From Porticoccus sp. (GTDB taxonomy: Bacteria; Pseudomonadota; Gammaproteobacteria; Pseudomonadales; Porticoccaceae): a DNA stretch of 64,000 nucleotides. Under the pieces are notes generated by a model. It saw only the letters and a program-made list of their open reading frames with translations, had not been told where the DNA came from and did not search any database. The translations under genes and the position numbers were made by a program. Below, piece after piece: positions 10,396-18,216 of the stretch. The stretch lies in assembly GCA_018066715.1 (NCBI GenBank), contig JAGPWA010000099.1, positions 35,860 through 99,859 on the forward strand, written 5' to 3'. How positions within the stretch are numbered: the stretch's first letter is position 1; each line of letters begins with the position of its first letter.

Positions 10396-10847
10396 AGGCC
10401 CAGCGCGGCGAGGCCTAGAAAGCACAGCAGAGTCCAGCTGGGAATACTGAGGCTGAGGAAGGTCCATTGCACTTCTGCACAGTTGCCATCCCCTCGAAAT
10501 AACATACCCAATGCATCACCAAAACTGAAGGCATTAAATAGGTATTCAGCCGGTGGGCCACAGGCCGGTACTTGATCGTCCGGGAGGCTTTGCAGCCAGA
10601 GTTGTTTTCCTGAAAAAAAGCCCCCTGCAAGCGCGCTTAACACGATAAGTCCGCCATAGACCTTTGTGCCATAGTTGTGAAGAAATGCCAGCAGGGCAAA
10701 GGTGCCTGTTAAGATCACAAACCCTCGTTGGGTAATGCATAGATAGCAGGGCTTTAGCTCCATGATATTCTGCATGTAGAGAGCAATAAGAATCAGGGCA
10801 TTACAGGCTATAAAAATTAGTAGGTTGGTCTGTCTTGCTGTGGGCAT
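10371..10847 (-). CDS. dsbB: Disulfide bond formation protein B
   Basis: 158 aa, 4 TM. Contains CYLCITQR (CxxC in the first periplasmic loop) and a second Cys pair (ACG ... GNCAEV). Confidence 0.85.
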   Translation of the reverse strand: MPTARQTNLLIFIACNALILIALYMQNIMELKPCYLCITQRGFVILTGTFALLAFLHNYGTKVYGGLIVLSALAGGFFSGKQLWLQSLPDDQVPACGPPAEYLFNAFSFGDALGMLFRGDGNCAEVQWTFLSLSIPSWTLLCFLGLAALGLWQIVRKH

Positions 10848-10908
10848 TATTTTGTTTTCCTTTTTAATATAGGGCCTATTCTAGCCCGGATATTTCGTCA
10901 GTACACTA
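10847..10908. repeat. 62-bp direct repeat, copy A (dsbB leader); left boundary of islet
   Basis: ttattttgttttcctttttaatatagggcctattctagcccggatatttcgtcagtacacta recurs at 14684-14745 with 2 mismatches. Confidence 0.9.
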
Positions 10909-11085
10909 CCGTTAACAGTCCCAAGGACTTAATAGCAGATGTTAAATTGGACTGGGCACCAGAACTCAGAATGTACCGATGGTTACGCCGTCGATCGGTG
11001 TGAACGGATAGGCGGTAGGGTTGTATTCCTGCTTCAGTAGGCTTGAAATATTGAAATCAATCGAGTCTGACGCACTGCTGTCCCA

Positions 11086-11161
11086 CTTAGCAGGCAAAAA
11101 ACAAGACCTGACCCCCTCGTCTCCTTAGCAGGCAAAAAACAAGACCTGACCCCCTCGTCTC
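11086..11161. repeat. Perfect 2 x 38-bp tandem duplication containing degenerate copies of the RAYT-element terminus
   Basis: cttagcaggcaaaaaacaagacctgaccccctcgtctc is present twice head-to-tail. The core aacaagacctgacccc resembles aagttgtacctgaccct, the inverted terminus seen at 12480 and 14637. Confidence 0.85.
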
Positions 11162-11397
11162 GGCGCCCATAATCTGTTGGTTAATATTTTCATCTAATAG
11201 AAAAAATCAGTTCAATAGTATATTTTCGCTAGTTCGTGGCTTTTAATTGCGAACAATAACCTCTGAAACCCTATAACGGAAAAGCGGATTATGAGTGAAA
11301 ACAAAAATGATGATGCGTTCTTTACGGCGAGAGGGTGCGGTTCAGTGAATGTGAGCGACTCGCAGTTTCCTGACAAGCCTTGGCTTCTGGAAAATAA

Positions 11398-11441
11398 CGA
11401 ATAAGGATAGGTCGCGGCTGCGCGCGACATATCCTTATTCG
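11398..11441 (-). terminator. Long hairpin terminator downstream of the lipoprotein gene
   Basis: cgaataaggata/tatccttattcg outer stem plus gtcgcg/cgcgac inner stem. It sits 9 nt after the stop at 11450 and is followed on the minus strand by TTATTTT. Confidence 0.65.
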
Positions 11442-11449
11442 TTAGGAGT

Positions 11450-12139
11450 TTATCTGTATTGGTCTATAAATTTATTGATTGAATTTTCAATGGCTTCTAC
11501 TTGATAAGGGGTATAAGAGCCAAATTTATTAGAGTATGGTTCTACGTGTCTTACATAATTTCTTTTTCCATCTATTGAAGCATCCAAGTAAACGATAAAA
11601 GAGGCTTTGTCATCTGGATTTTCATGTTTATCATAGTAGGCCGCCAATGCTTCTTTAGGAGTGCAATCAGAACCATGAAAACTTTCGTACCAGTCTATTA
11701 TCTGTGCATCAGGTGCCGATTTAAAGAAGTCATGGAAATCATCGGTTATGGGAGATGACCTGTTCGCAAATACTGCGGCACCTCCTTTAAAGCCCATTAC
11801 ACGGGCGAGCCGCTGAATATTATGGTAAATAACAAAACTATTAATTTCTAATTTTCCAGGTAATTGTTTTGCTACGAATTCCTCGTAGACACGATGTCTC
11901 AACAAAGTCACTCTATCTGGTTTAGTGGTATCATCACCGAGCCGCTTAATGCCGAATGCACAACTTGTTGACAACATAGAAAAATTTTCTGTAGTTTTTT
12001 CGCTTTCTTGTCTTTTATCTATTGTTTTTATTGCACTCTCTGAAACATCTAAGTTATCAATATTAATAGTTGCTACAGGTGTACAGCCATAAACCATAAA
12101 CAACGTTAACGCACTAATAAATGTATGATAAGGATTCAT
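11450..12139 (-). CDS. Hypothetical lipoprotein (islet cargo)
   Basis: The ATG at 12139 is preceded by a strong SD (aggagg). The N-terminus MNPYHTFISALTLFMVYGC carries a lipobox. No family was recognised. The track ORF extends further upstream without support. Confidence 0.6.
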   Translation of the reverse strand: MNPYHTFISALTLFMVYGCTPVATINIDNLDVSESAIKTIDKRQESEKTTENFSMLSTSCAFGIKRLGDDTTKPDRVTLLRHRVYEEFVAKQLPGKLEINSFVIYHNIQRLARVMGFKGGAAVFANRSSPITDDFHDFFKSAPDAQIIDWYESFHGSDCTPKEALAAYYDKHENPDDKASFIVYLDASIDGKRNYVRHVEPYSNKFGSYTPYQVEAIENSINKFIDQYR

Positions 12140-12346
12140 ATAACCTCCTAACGTAGCGATAATTTGCCGATTTGAGCGCAGCGAAAAGCGGTCAAATTGA
12201 TTGCCTTGTGTACGCCCAGCATGGGCATGAACTAATGAGGTGAAAGTCCTCTGTAGGAAGATCACCATCGAAAACCGTGTTGTGATTAGATGATAACTAC
12301 TAGCGAATGGCAAGGGCTTGACCGCGAGGTCTGGTCTGAGAAAAAA

Positions 12347-12551
12347 GTAGGGTCAGGTACAACTTTTTCTGTCTTGTCTGGATGGTATAAAATTACAAAA
12401 TATATTTCTACAGGTTACAAGGATGTAACCATGTCAAGACGCCCTCGTTTTTGCCCGATAGGGCTTCCCCAGCAGACACAAGTTGTATCTGACCCTACTT
12501 ATTCTGACCCTACTTATTCTTTCTACTTATTCTTGTGACCCTACTTATTCT
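12347..12551 (+). mobile_element. Miniature internally deleted derivative of the RAYT element
   Basis: Parts in order: left terminus gtagggtcaggtacaacttt (12347-12366); a ~64-bp leader very similar to that of the intact copy; the first ~14 codons of the transposase (ATG 12431, MSRRPRFCPIGLPQ); then a direct fusion to the inverted terminus aagttgtatctgaccctac (12480-12498). Four tandem gaccctacttattct-type units follow. Confidence 0.8.
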
Positions 12552-12656
12552 TGGCGTTGAATCCACCAGTTGAATTCGCCCCATTCTGACCCTTGGGGTT
12601 TATGGCCTTAATGAGACCCAGGACGTTAACCTAGAGCCTCATCAGGTTCGATGTTA

Positions 12657-13280
12657 TTAGAAGCTAACGCGTACGGCGAAGTTCAGTTCTTGTGCATCAT
12701 ATTGTGCATCAAACGAGGCGAACTCAGGGTCTGAGGAGCTGAGGTAGCGATAGCCCAGTACCAGTTGAACCCTTTCTGAAGCATCGTAACTGATGCCAGC
12801 GCCTAGTTGATAGGCGAAGACGTTGTCGTCACCACTCGCTGAAACACTGAGAGCGCCGTTTGACGCAGACAATGTACCATCGTGGCGGGCAACACCAACG
12901 CCGGCTGACAGATAGGGATGCCAAGTTTCATTTGGCATAAAGTCGTAATATACGTTGGCTAGCAATAGGGTTGTTTCAAGCTCGCCTCCGAGACCATTGC
13001 TGCCACAGCCAAAACCGTCTGCACAGAACTTATCGAGGTCAGCTTCACGGTAAGACAGCTCCAGTTCTGCACGAACATTTTTGTTGATGCGTTTGCCGAC
13101 AGCGAGGCCGTAGTTGACGGTATTATCGAGTTCAATTTCGCCAGAAAAACCGGAGTCATCCCAGTCGGCATCTTCGGTTTGGGTGTGGCCAACCTGACCG
13201 CTGATATACCAGGACTCGGCATGTGCGGTGGTTAAAACGGAAAGACTAGCCAAGATGATAAATAATGTTTTTTTATTCAT
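12657..13280 (-). CDS. Small outer-membrane beta-barrel protein (OmpA-TM/opacity-like, PF13505-type)
   Basis: Signal peptide MNKKTLFIILASLSVLTTAHA, alternating beta-strand pattern with aromatic girdle, and a C-terminal ...FAVRVSF ending in Phe. Confidence 0.8.
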   Translation of the reverse strand: MNKKTLFIILASLSVLTTAHAESWYISGQVGHTQTEDADWDDSGFSGEIELDNTVNYGLAVGKRINKNVRAELELSYREADLDKFCADGFGCGSNGLGGELETTLLLANVYYDFMPNETWHPYLSAGVGVARHDGTLSASNGALSVSASGDDNVFAYQLGAGISYDASERVQLVLGYRYLSSSDPEFASFDAQYDAQELNFAVRVSF

Positions 13281-13385
13281 TGATACGATCTCCATTCGTA
13301 TTAGCAATGCTCGATTGAGCAGGGTTATTTTATGGTAAAAAATTAGTAATTGGTACGCTTGATTCGCGAAAAGTAGCGCGGAAAA

Positions 13386-13406
13386 GTAGGGTCAGGTACA
13401 ACTTTT
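13386..13406 (+). repeat. Solo copy of the RAYT-element terminus
   Basis: gtagggtcaggtacaactttt is identical to the terminus at 12347 and near-identical to the one at 13872. It is preceded by a partial duplication, gaaaagtagcgcg. Confidence 0.8.
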
Positions 13407-13501
13407 CTTTATGTAAATAAAACTTTCTCCTTCTTCTATTTTTTGATATGTTCTTTTGTGCATTTCGTTTCGCTGCATTTAAATTCAGAGAGGATAAAAA
13501 T

Positions 13502-13828
13502 ATGTTAATTTGGCGAGGCTGGGGAATTATTGTGCCATTTATTGCTATTTCTTTGTGGCTTATGTTGCAGGGTTTATTTGAATCTATGATGGCTCCAGAA
13601 GCGTACACTGAATACTCTATATATATTAGTGCTTTTAGCTTTCTTCTTGGTGGGCTGGTGATTTGGATTCTTGGAAAAAAACTTAATGGTGGAGAGGGCC
13701 GCAAACTTTTAGATGAAAATACTGGCGAGAGAGTAGTACTTAAAGTTAACCATTCATTATTTTTTATTAACTTCGAGTACTGGGCAATTCCTTTGGTAAT
13801 AATTGCTATTTTACTGCTGTTCCGTTAA
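13502..13828 (+). CDS. Hypothetical small membrane protein (3 predicted TM)
   Basis: The ATG at 13502 is preceded by gaggataaaaat. Hydrophobic segments are IIVPFIAISLWLML, ISAFSFLLGGLVIWIL and AIPLVIIAILLLF. It is flanked by two same-orientation copies of the element terminus. Confidence 0.5.
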   Translation: MLIWRGWGIIVPFIAISLWLMLQGLFESMMAPEAYTEYSIYISAFSFLLGGLVIWILGKKLNGGEGRKLLDENTGERVVLKVNHSLFFINFEYWAIPLVIIAILLLFR

Positions 13829-13871
13829 AAATCCACAAAAAGGGAGCCCATAAAGGGAGCCCAAAATAAAA

Positions 13872-14680
13872 GTAGGGGTCAGGTACAACTTTTCTTTGGC
13901 CTACCCATTTTAGCTGGCTTTACACGCCTTCCATAAAGTAACTCGACCTCATCCTTAAATCTCTCACTCCCCAAAAGCAACCCCCTGTTGATTGATTGCC
14001 GAATATCAGTGATCAAATCACTATCAACATGCCCTTTCAATAACTCACGATAACTAGAGAGTCGCTTTTCTAAATTATCACCTAGTGCCATATATTCTGA
14101 ATGTGGCGTACATAATGTTGATTTCACGCCCAAACCATTACTATGGTAACTCGACCATATATAATCCGATGGATCAGTTACCATGCCAGCTCTCACGGGG
14201 TTTAATTCAATATAGCGATAACAAGCTAACAGATAATCTTCTTGTTGGACTGCACAGGATTTATATCTACCTTCCCATAAAGTCCCACTTCTTCGATAAG
14301 TAAAATTGAAATACTGCACATATCGCCTACCTAAGGATTGCATCAATAACTGAACACCATCCTCCTTGGCTGGTGTAGCAAGAAGATGTACATGATTGGT
14401 CATAAATACCCAAGCATGAATGGACACCTCAAATTTGTCCGCATACTCCTTCAACCAATGAGCATAGGCAGAAAAGTCTTGCTCATCGGCAAAGCAGACA
14501 CTGCGATTATTGCCTCTTTGAATAATATGCTGGGGAAGCCCTACCGGGCAAAAACGAGGGAGCCTTGACATGGTTGCATCCTTGTAACCAGTAAAAATAT
14601 ATTTTGTATATCTTATACCATCCAGACAAGACAGCAAAAGTTGTACCTGACTTTACTTATTTTACTTATTTTACTTATTT
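13872..14680 (-). mobile_element. Intact RAYT-type element: HUH/Y1 transposase gene between 20-bp inverted termini
   Basis: gtaggggtcaggtacaactttt at 13872-13894 and its inverse aaaagttgtacctgactttac at 14637-14657. Three tandem ttacttatt units (14653-14679) lie just outside the upstream terminus. Confidence 0.8.
13879..14571 (-). CDS. REP-associated tyrosine transposase-like (IS200/Y1_Tnp family, COG1943-type)
   Basis: MSRLPRFCPVGLPQHIIQRGNNR N-terminus, HUH motif in MTNHVHLLATP, GTLWEGRYKS, and the catalytic-Tyr region YRYIELNPVRAGMV. The start is at the internal ATG (14571) shared with the miniature copy. Confidence 0.85.
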   Translation of the reverse strand: MSRLPRFCPVGLPQHIIQRGNNRSVCFADEQDFSAYAHWLKEYADKFEVSIHAWVFMTNHVHLLATPAKEDGVQLLMQSLGRRYVQYFNFTYRRSGTLWEGRYKSCAVQQEDYLLACYRYIELNPVRAGMVTDPSDYIWSSYHSNGLGVKSTLCTPHSEYMALGDNLEKRLSSYRELLKGHVDSDLITDIRQSINRGLLLGSERFKDEVELLYGRRVKPAKMGRPKKSCT

Positions 14681-14683
14681 CCG

Positions 14684-14745
14684 TTATTCTGTCTTCCTTT
14701 TTAATATAGGGCCTATTCTAGCCCGGATATTTCGTCAGTACACTA
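14684..14745. repeat. 62-bp direct repeat, copy B; right boundary of islet
   Basis: ttattctgtcttcctttttaatatagggcctattctagcccggatatttcgtcagtacacta matches 10847-10908 at 60 of 62 positions. Confidence 0.9.
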
Positions 14746-14971
14746 GGGCTTGAAAACAGGATGTAGCATGAGCTGCGTATTAGGCGTCATTGGTAGGTGT
14801 TGATGACTGTTCCAGTTGTTTTTCCGTTTTCGCAATGTAAAACTGAAGACGGTTTGTGTCAGCCCTGCTTTATATGGGGATGCTGGTAGCTTTACGTAAG
14901 TTAGAGATGATCTGTGAAGCGAGTGGTGCTTCCTTGTTCCATCTTGCCCCTTTTAAAAGCGGATAAATATT

Positions 14972-15538
14972 ATGGCGATGAGCGACATGAGCAATAAGGA
15001 GGTAGTGGTTTCCATTACCGGTGCTTTTGTTGCGACTCTACTTGCGTCATTTTTTAGTTTCACGATTTTGTCTGCCGAAGAAATGCCCGTTATTTTGGCG
15101 TCTACGGGAGCCTCTGCTATGTTGATTTTTGGCCTGCCCCATAGCCCTGTTTCAAAACCTTGGCATCTAGTGGGTGGTCACCTGGTTTCAGCGCTGGTTG
15201 GTGTTACCTGTCAAAAACTAATAGGCAATCCTATCTTTGCCTCATCGCTGGCGATCGCTATTGCTATGTTGTTAATGCATTACTTGCGTTGTATGCACCC
15301 CCCGGGTGGCGCTACAGCAGTGACTGCGGTTATTGGTGGTGAGCAAGTTGAAGCCCTTGGCTATGCTTTTGTGATATTGCCCGTTTTTTTCAATACCATT
15401 ATTCTGTTATCTATTGCCATGGCCGTGGCTTCATTAAGGGATAAAAACCCATTTTATCCAGAGTTGCAGCACACACCCGAGGGTAAACCCGAGGAAAACA
15501 AAGATTCTGAGTTATCCAGTTCTAGTGCTCGATATTAA
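14972..15538 (+). CDS. HPP-family membrane protein
   Basis: 188 aa polytopic membrane protein with the diagnostic HPPGGATA motif. Confidence 0.8.
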   Translation: MAMSDMSNKEVVVSITGAFVATLLASFFSFTILSAEEMPVILASTGASAMLIFGLPHSPVSKPWHLVGGHLVSALVGVTCQKLIGNPIFASSLAIAIAMLLMHYLRCMHPPGGATAVTAVIGGEQVEALGYAFVILPVFFNTIILLSIAMAVASLRDKNPFYPELQHTPEGKPEENKDSELSSSSARY

Positions 15539-15547
15539 ACCGTTTCA

Positions 15548-16144
15548 TTATTGACAATAGGTTTGTTGGGAACGCTGATTTTCAGCAAAGGCAATGATTT
15601 TTGGGAATACTTGGGAGAACTCCTGGCTTAATAGTGGGTAGTCTCGGACGAGTTGAGGAAAGGCTTCGTTGAGGGGAACCCTCTTGCGAAAACGCAGGCC
15701 GACTCTTTCGAGGACATATTCAATATTTTCCATTTGAGCATAGCTTTCAAGCCACCGCGCTTTCGGGGCGATGGCGTTGAACTGCTTGGCTGCGGGTGGC
15801 AGGTGATGCTCATACTCCGACAGTGTTTGATAGAAATTCTGACAGTAATTTGCCAGGGGTTGGGGGTGGAACTTAGACCAGTTAACAGCGAGAAAGTGGT
15901 CATAGCATATGTCGATCAGGATGCCGCCAAAGCGGCGGTAAGGTGGCTCTATACGAGCGATGGCTTGCTTTACTTCTGGAAGTGAATCGGTAAAAACATC
16001 AACTTTTCTGTGTAGCGCAATGCCTTCTTCTATTGCGGGAGGAAGCTGACCACGTAATGGTCCTTTGACAAAGTCACCCAGTAGCCCGCCTATCATCGCT
16101 TCCGAGTGGTCACCGGAAAGATAGATATGGGCCAGATAATTCAC
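15548..16144 (-). CDS. acpH: Acyl carrier protein phosphodiesterase
   Basis: The MNYLAHIYLS N-terminus, LLGDFVKG and DHFL motifs are colinear with E. coli AcpH. Confidence 0.82.
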   Translation of the reverse strand: MNYLAHIYLSGDHSEAMIGGLLGDFVKGPLRGQLPPAIEEGIALHRKVDVFTDSLPEVKQAIARIEPPYRRFGGILIDICYDHFLAVNWSKFHPQPLANYCQNFYQTLSEYEHHLPPAAKQFNAIAPKARWLESYAQMENIEYVLERVGLRFRKRVPLNEAFPQLVRDYPLLSQEFSQVFPKIIAFAENQRSQQTYCQ

Positions 16145-17727
16145 AGTGGAAAGTCGTACTGCTTGTAATAGTCTGCAAGAAATTGATCAAACGGCTGCTG
16201 ATCTTCAGCCTCAACCTGCTGTTGTTGCTGCAGGGATTGAGTCGCCATTTTTCGGTATTGTTCGGCAATATCTTTTGGTAGCTCGGTGCTGAGAAAGTGT
16301 TCACGGTGTTGCTTGGCGTGGTTCATCGCCACGTTGAAATAGGTTTGTCCGGTATCAGACATTTCTTTGAGGATACGTGCTGACGGAGTGAGCTCTGGGT
16401 TGTCCAGACGCTGGGCAAGTTTTGTTAACATCGTACTGTAACGGTTGGACTGGTGATGGCAATCCAGCATTTCAGCAACAGGGGTCATTGCTTCGAATAA
16501 CGAGTGTCCCCATTCCAGAACGGATCGTTCACCCTGACCATCGAGTAACATTAATTCGGGATTTCGCCCTTGGTATACCATGCGGTGTTGGTTTTCTAGA
16601 ATATTGTGGTACTCCTGATCATCGGTTGGCGGGCTCTGAGAGAGCAGGCTTGTCAGCAGGAAAGTATCCAGAAAATCCATCTGTTCACGGTCGATGCCGA
16701 GGGGCTGGAAAGGGTCTAGGTCAACACAGCGGACTTCAATATATTCTACGCCACGCTCCCACAGTGCCCACAGAGGGGTCTCGCCAGAGTGGGTGACACG
16801 TTTGGGGCGGATCGTACTGTAAAACTCATTTTCAATTTGCAGCAAGTGGGGGCTCAGCTGTTGGTAATGACCATTGCTGTCTTTGAGCCCCATGGCTTCG
16901 TAATCCGGGTAGGGCTTTACCAGAGCCTGGCGAAGTGTTTCTACATAACTTCCAAGATCGTTGTAGCAGACAACCAGTTGTTCCTGAGCTTTACTTTGAT
17001 AGCCTAAATCACCCATGCGGAGTGATGTCGCATTGGGCATATAAAGACTGTGGTCATCGGAGCCAAAGGGTTGCAGCTGATGCTCCCGGCCTCGGACAAA
17101 GCTTCGGCAAACGCCTGGTGAAGCACCAAATAAATACAAGAGCAGCCAAAAATGCCGGCGAAAATTGCGGATGAGGGAAAAATAGTTTTCCGTTTTAAAG
17201 TCTTGCAAGGATTGCTGGGGACTTTCCTGTGCTTGCAGTAGCTGCCAAAGCTCATCTGGTACAGAAAAGTTGTAGTGAATGCCGGCAATGGTTTGCATCA
17301 ATCGTCCATAGCGGTGGCCAAGCCCTTCCCGATAGATACTTTTCATCTGCCCGACGTTGGAGTGACCATATTGACCAACTGGAATATCACTGTCACCACT
17401 CAGCTGGCAAGGCATACTATTGGCCCATAATAGCTCGTCACCTATTTGACGATAGGTGAAGCGATGAATGTTCTCCAGCGTCTGCAATACGTCATCGGCA
17501 TTACTGGATGGGGGTGTAATAAATTCCAGTAGTGCTTCTGAGTAATCAGTGGTGATTTGTGGGTGTGTTAATGCGGAACCTAGCGCTTGGGGGTGGGGGG
17601 TTTGAGCTAATTTCCCCTCTGGCGTTACTCGTAAGCTTTCTTTTTCAATACCGCGGGTAATTCCTGACAATAGCCTTGAGTCAGTGTCGGCAGAAAGTAG
17701 GTCCAGACGATTTTTTAACAGAGGCAA
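16141..17727 (-). CDS. gshA: Glutamate-cysteine ligase
   Basis: 528 aa. GIEKESLRV, TTDYSEALLEFITPP and YIEVRCVDLDPF match proteobacterial GshA. Confidence 0.95.
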   Translation of the reverse strand: MPLLKNRLDLLSADTDSRLLSGITRGIEKESLRVTPEGKLAQTPHPQALGSALTHPQITTDYSEALLEFITPPSSNADDVLQTLENIHRFTYRQIGDELLWANSMPCQLSGDSDIPVGQYGHSNVGQMKSIYREGLGHRYGRLMQTIAGIHYNFSVPDELWQLLQAQESPQQSLQDFKTENYFSLIRNFRRHFWLLLYLFGASPGVCRSFVRGREHQLQPFGSDDHSLYMPNATSLRMGDLGYQSKAQEQLVVCYNDLGSYVETLRQALVKPYPDYEAMGLKDSNGHYQQLSPHLLQIENEFYSTIRPKRVTHSGETPLWALWERGVEYIEVRCVDLDPFQPLGIDREQMDFLDTFLLTSLLSQSPPTDDQEYHNILENQHRMVYQGRNPELMLLDGQGERSVLEWGHSLFEAMTPVAEMLDCHHQSNRYSTMLTKLAQRLDNPELTPSARILKEMSDTGQTYFNVAMNHAKQHREHFLSTELPKDIAEQYRKMATQSLQQQQQVEAEDQQPFDQFLADYYKQYDFPL

Positions 17728-17749
17728 AATGATGTCCTAGTTTGGTAGA

Positions 17750-17998
17750 TCAAGCTGCAGGTTGCTGTACGGGCAGGACGGGATTTCCTTTGGCATCGAG
17801 CGGGCAGGTGACGAGTTTGGCCCGGAGCTGAATATCCTTAGCATTGAGTTCCATCAGTTGATTGAGTGCAATATCACGGTGAGAATTCTTGAAAAGCTGT
17901 TTGGCACCACAGTTGCTAACCCACTGTAGGGACTTATCAAGAAATTGATCGTGCTGGTTTTGTAGGATAAAAACAGTCATGTTGAACAGCGTTGTCAT
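17750..17998 (-). CDS. Hypothetical small protein upstream of gshA
   Basis: 82-aa ORF co-oriented with gshA and 22 nt upstream of it. No recognisable motif. Confidence 0.35.
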   Translation of the reverse strand: MTTLFNMTVFILQNQHDQFLDKSLQWVSNCGAKQLFKNSHRDIALNQLMELNAKDIQLRAKLVTCPLDAKGNPVLPVQQPAA

Positions 17999-18216
17999 GC
18001 CGGTTAATCAGAAGACGCTGATTGTATCTGAAAATGAACGCTTAGGTCATGACTGCCTTGTATGGAGAAAGGCTCTTCTCATTAAATAATATTAAATAGT
18101 GCGAGTGATTTAGGATGAATGAGTGTCATAGATAGTCATATTTCCAAGCAATAGGTAAGGTGTACTCAAATTTTTTGCGATAATGTGTTCCCGTCAATGA
18201 AGATGGTATGTAGGTA

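Noticed and set aside
11291-11404. 36-aa plus-strand ORF (MSENKNDDAFFTARGCGS...) ending inside the hairpin.
   Set aside because: There is no convincing ribosome-binding site, it is very short, and its end is dictated by the hairpin sequence. It cannot be supported from sequence alone.
11212-11430. 72-aa minus-strand ORF in the islet.
   Set aside because: It runs through the long terminator hairpin (11398-11441), has no SD and shows no recognisable features. Most likely it is non-coding.
12290-12538. 82-aa plus-strand ORF from the track.
   Set aside because: It is a chimeric read-through of the miniature element (leader, 14 transposase codons, terminus and tandem repeats). I annotated it as a mobile-element remnant, not a gene.
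13330-13704. 124-aa minus-strand ORF overlapping the 3-TM protein gene.
   Set aside because: It is antisense to an ORF with better start context and clear TM helices. It also crosses the solo terminus repeat.
12491-14680. Short tandem repeats (gaccctacttattct x4 at 12491-12551; ttacttatt x3 at 14653-14679), considered as a possible CRISPR array.
   Set aside because: The units are contiguous with no spacers, only 9-15 bp long, and are attached to transposon termini. No cas genes are present.
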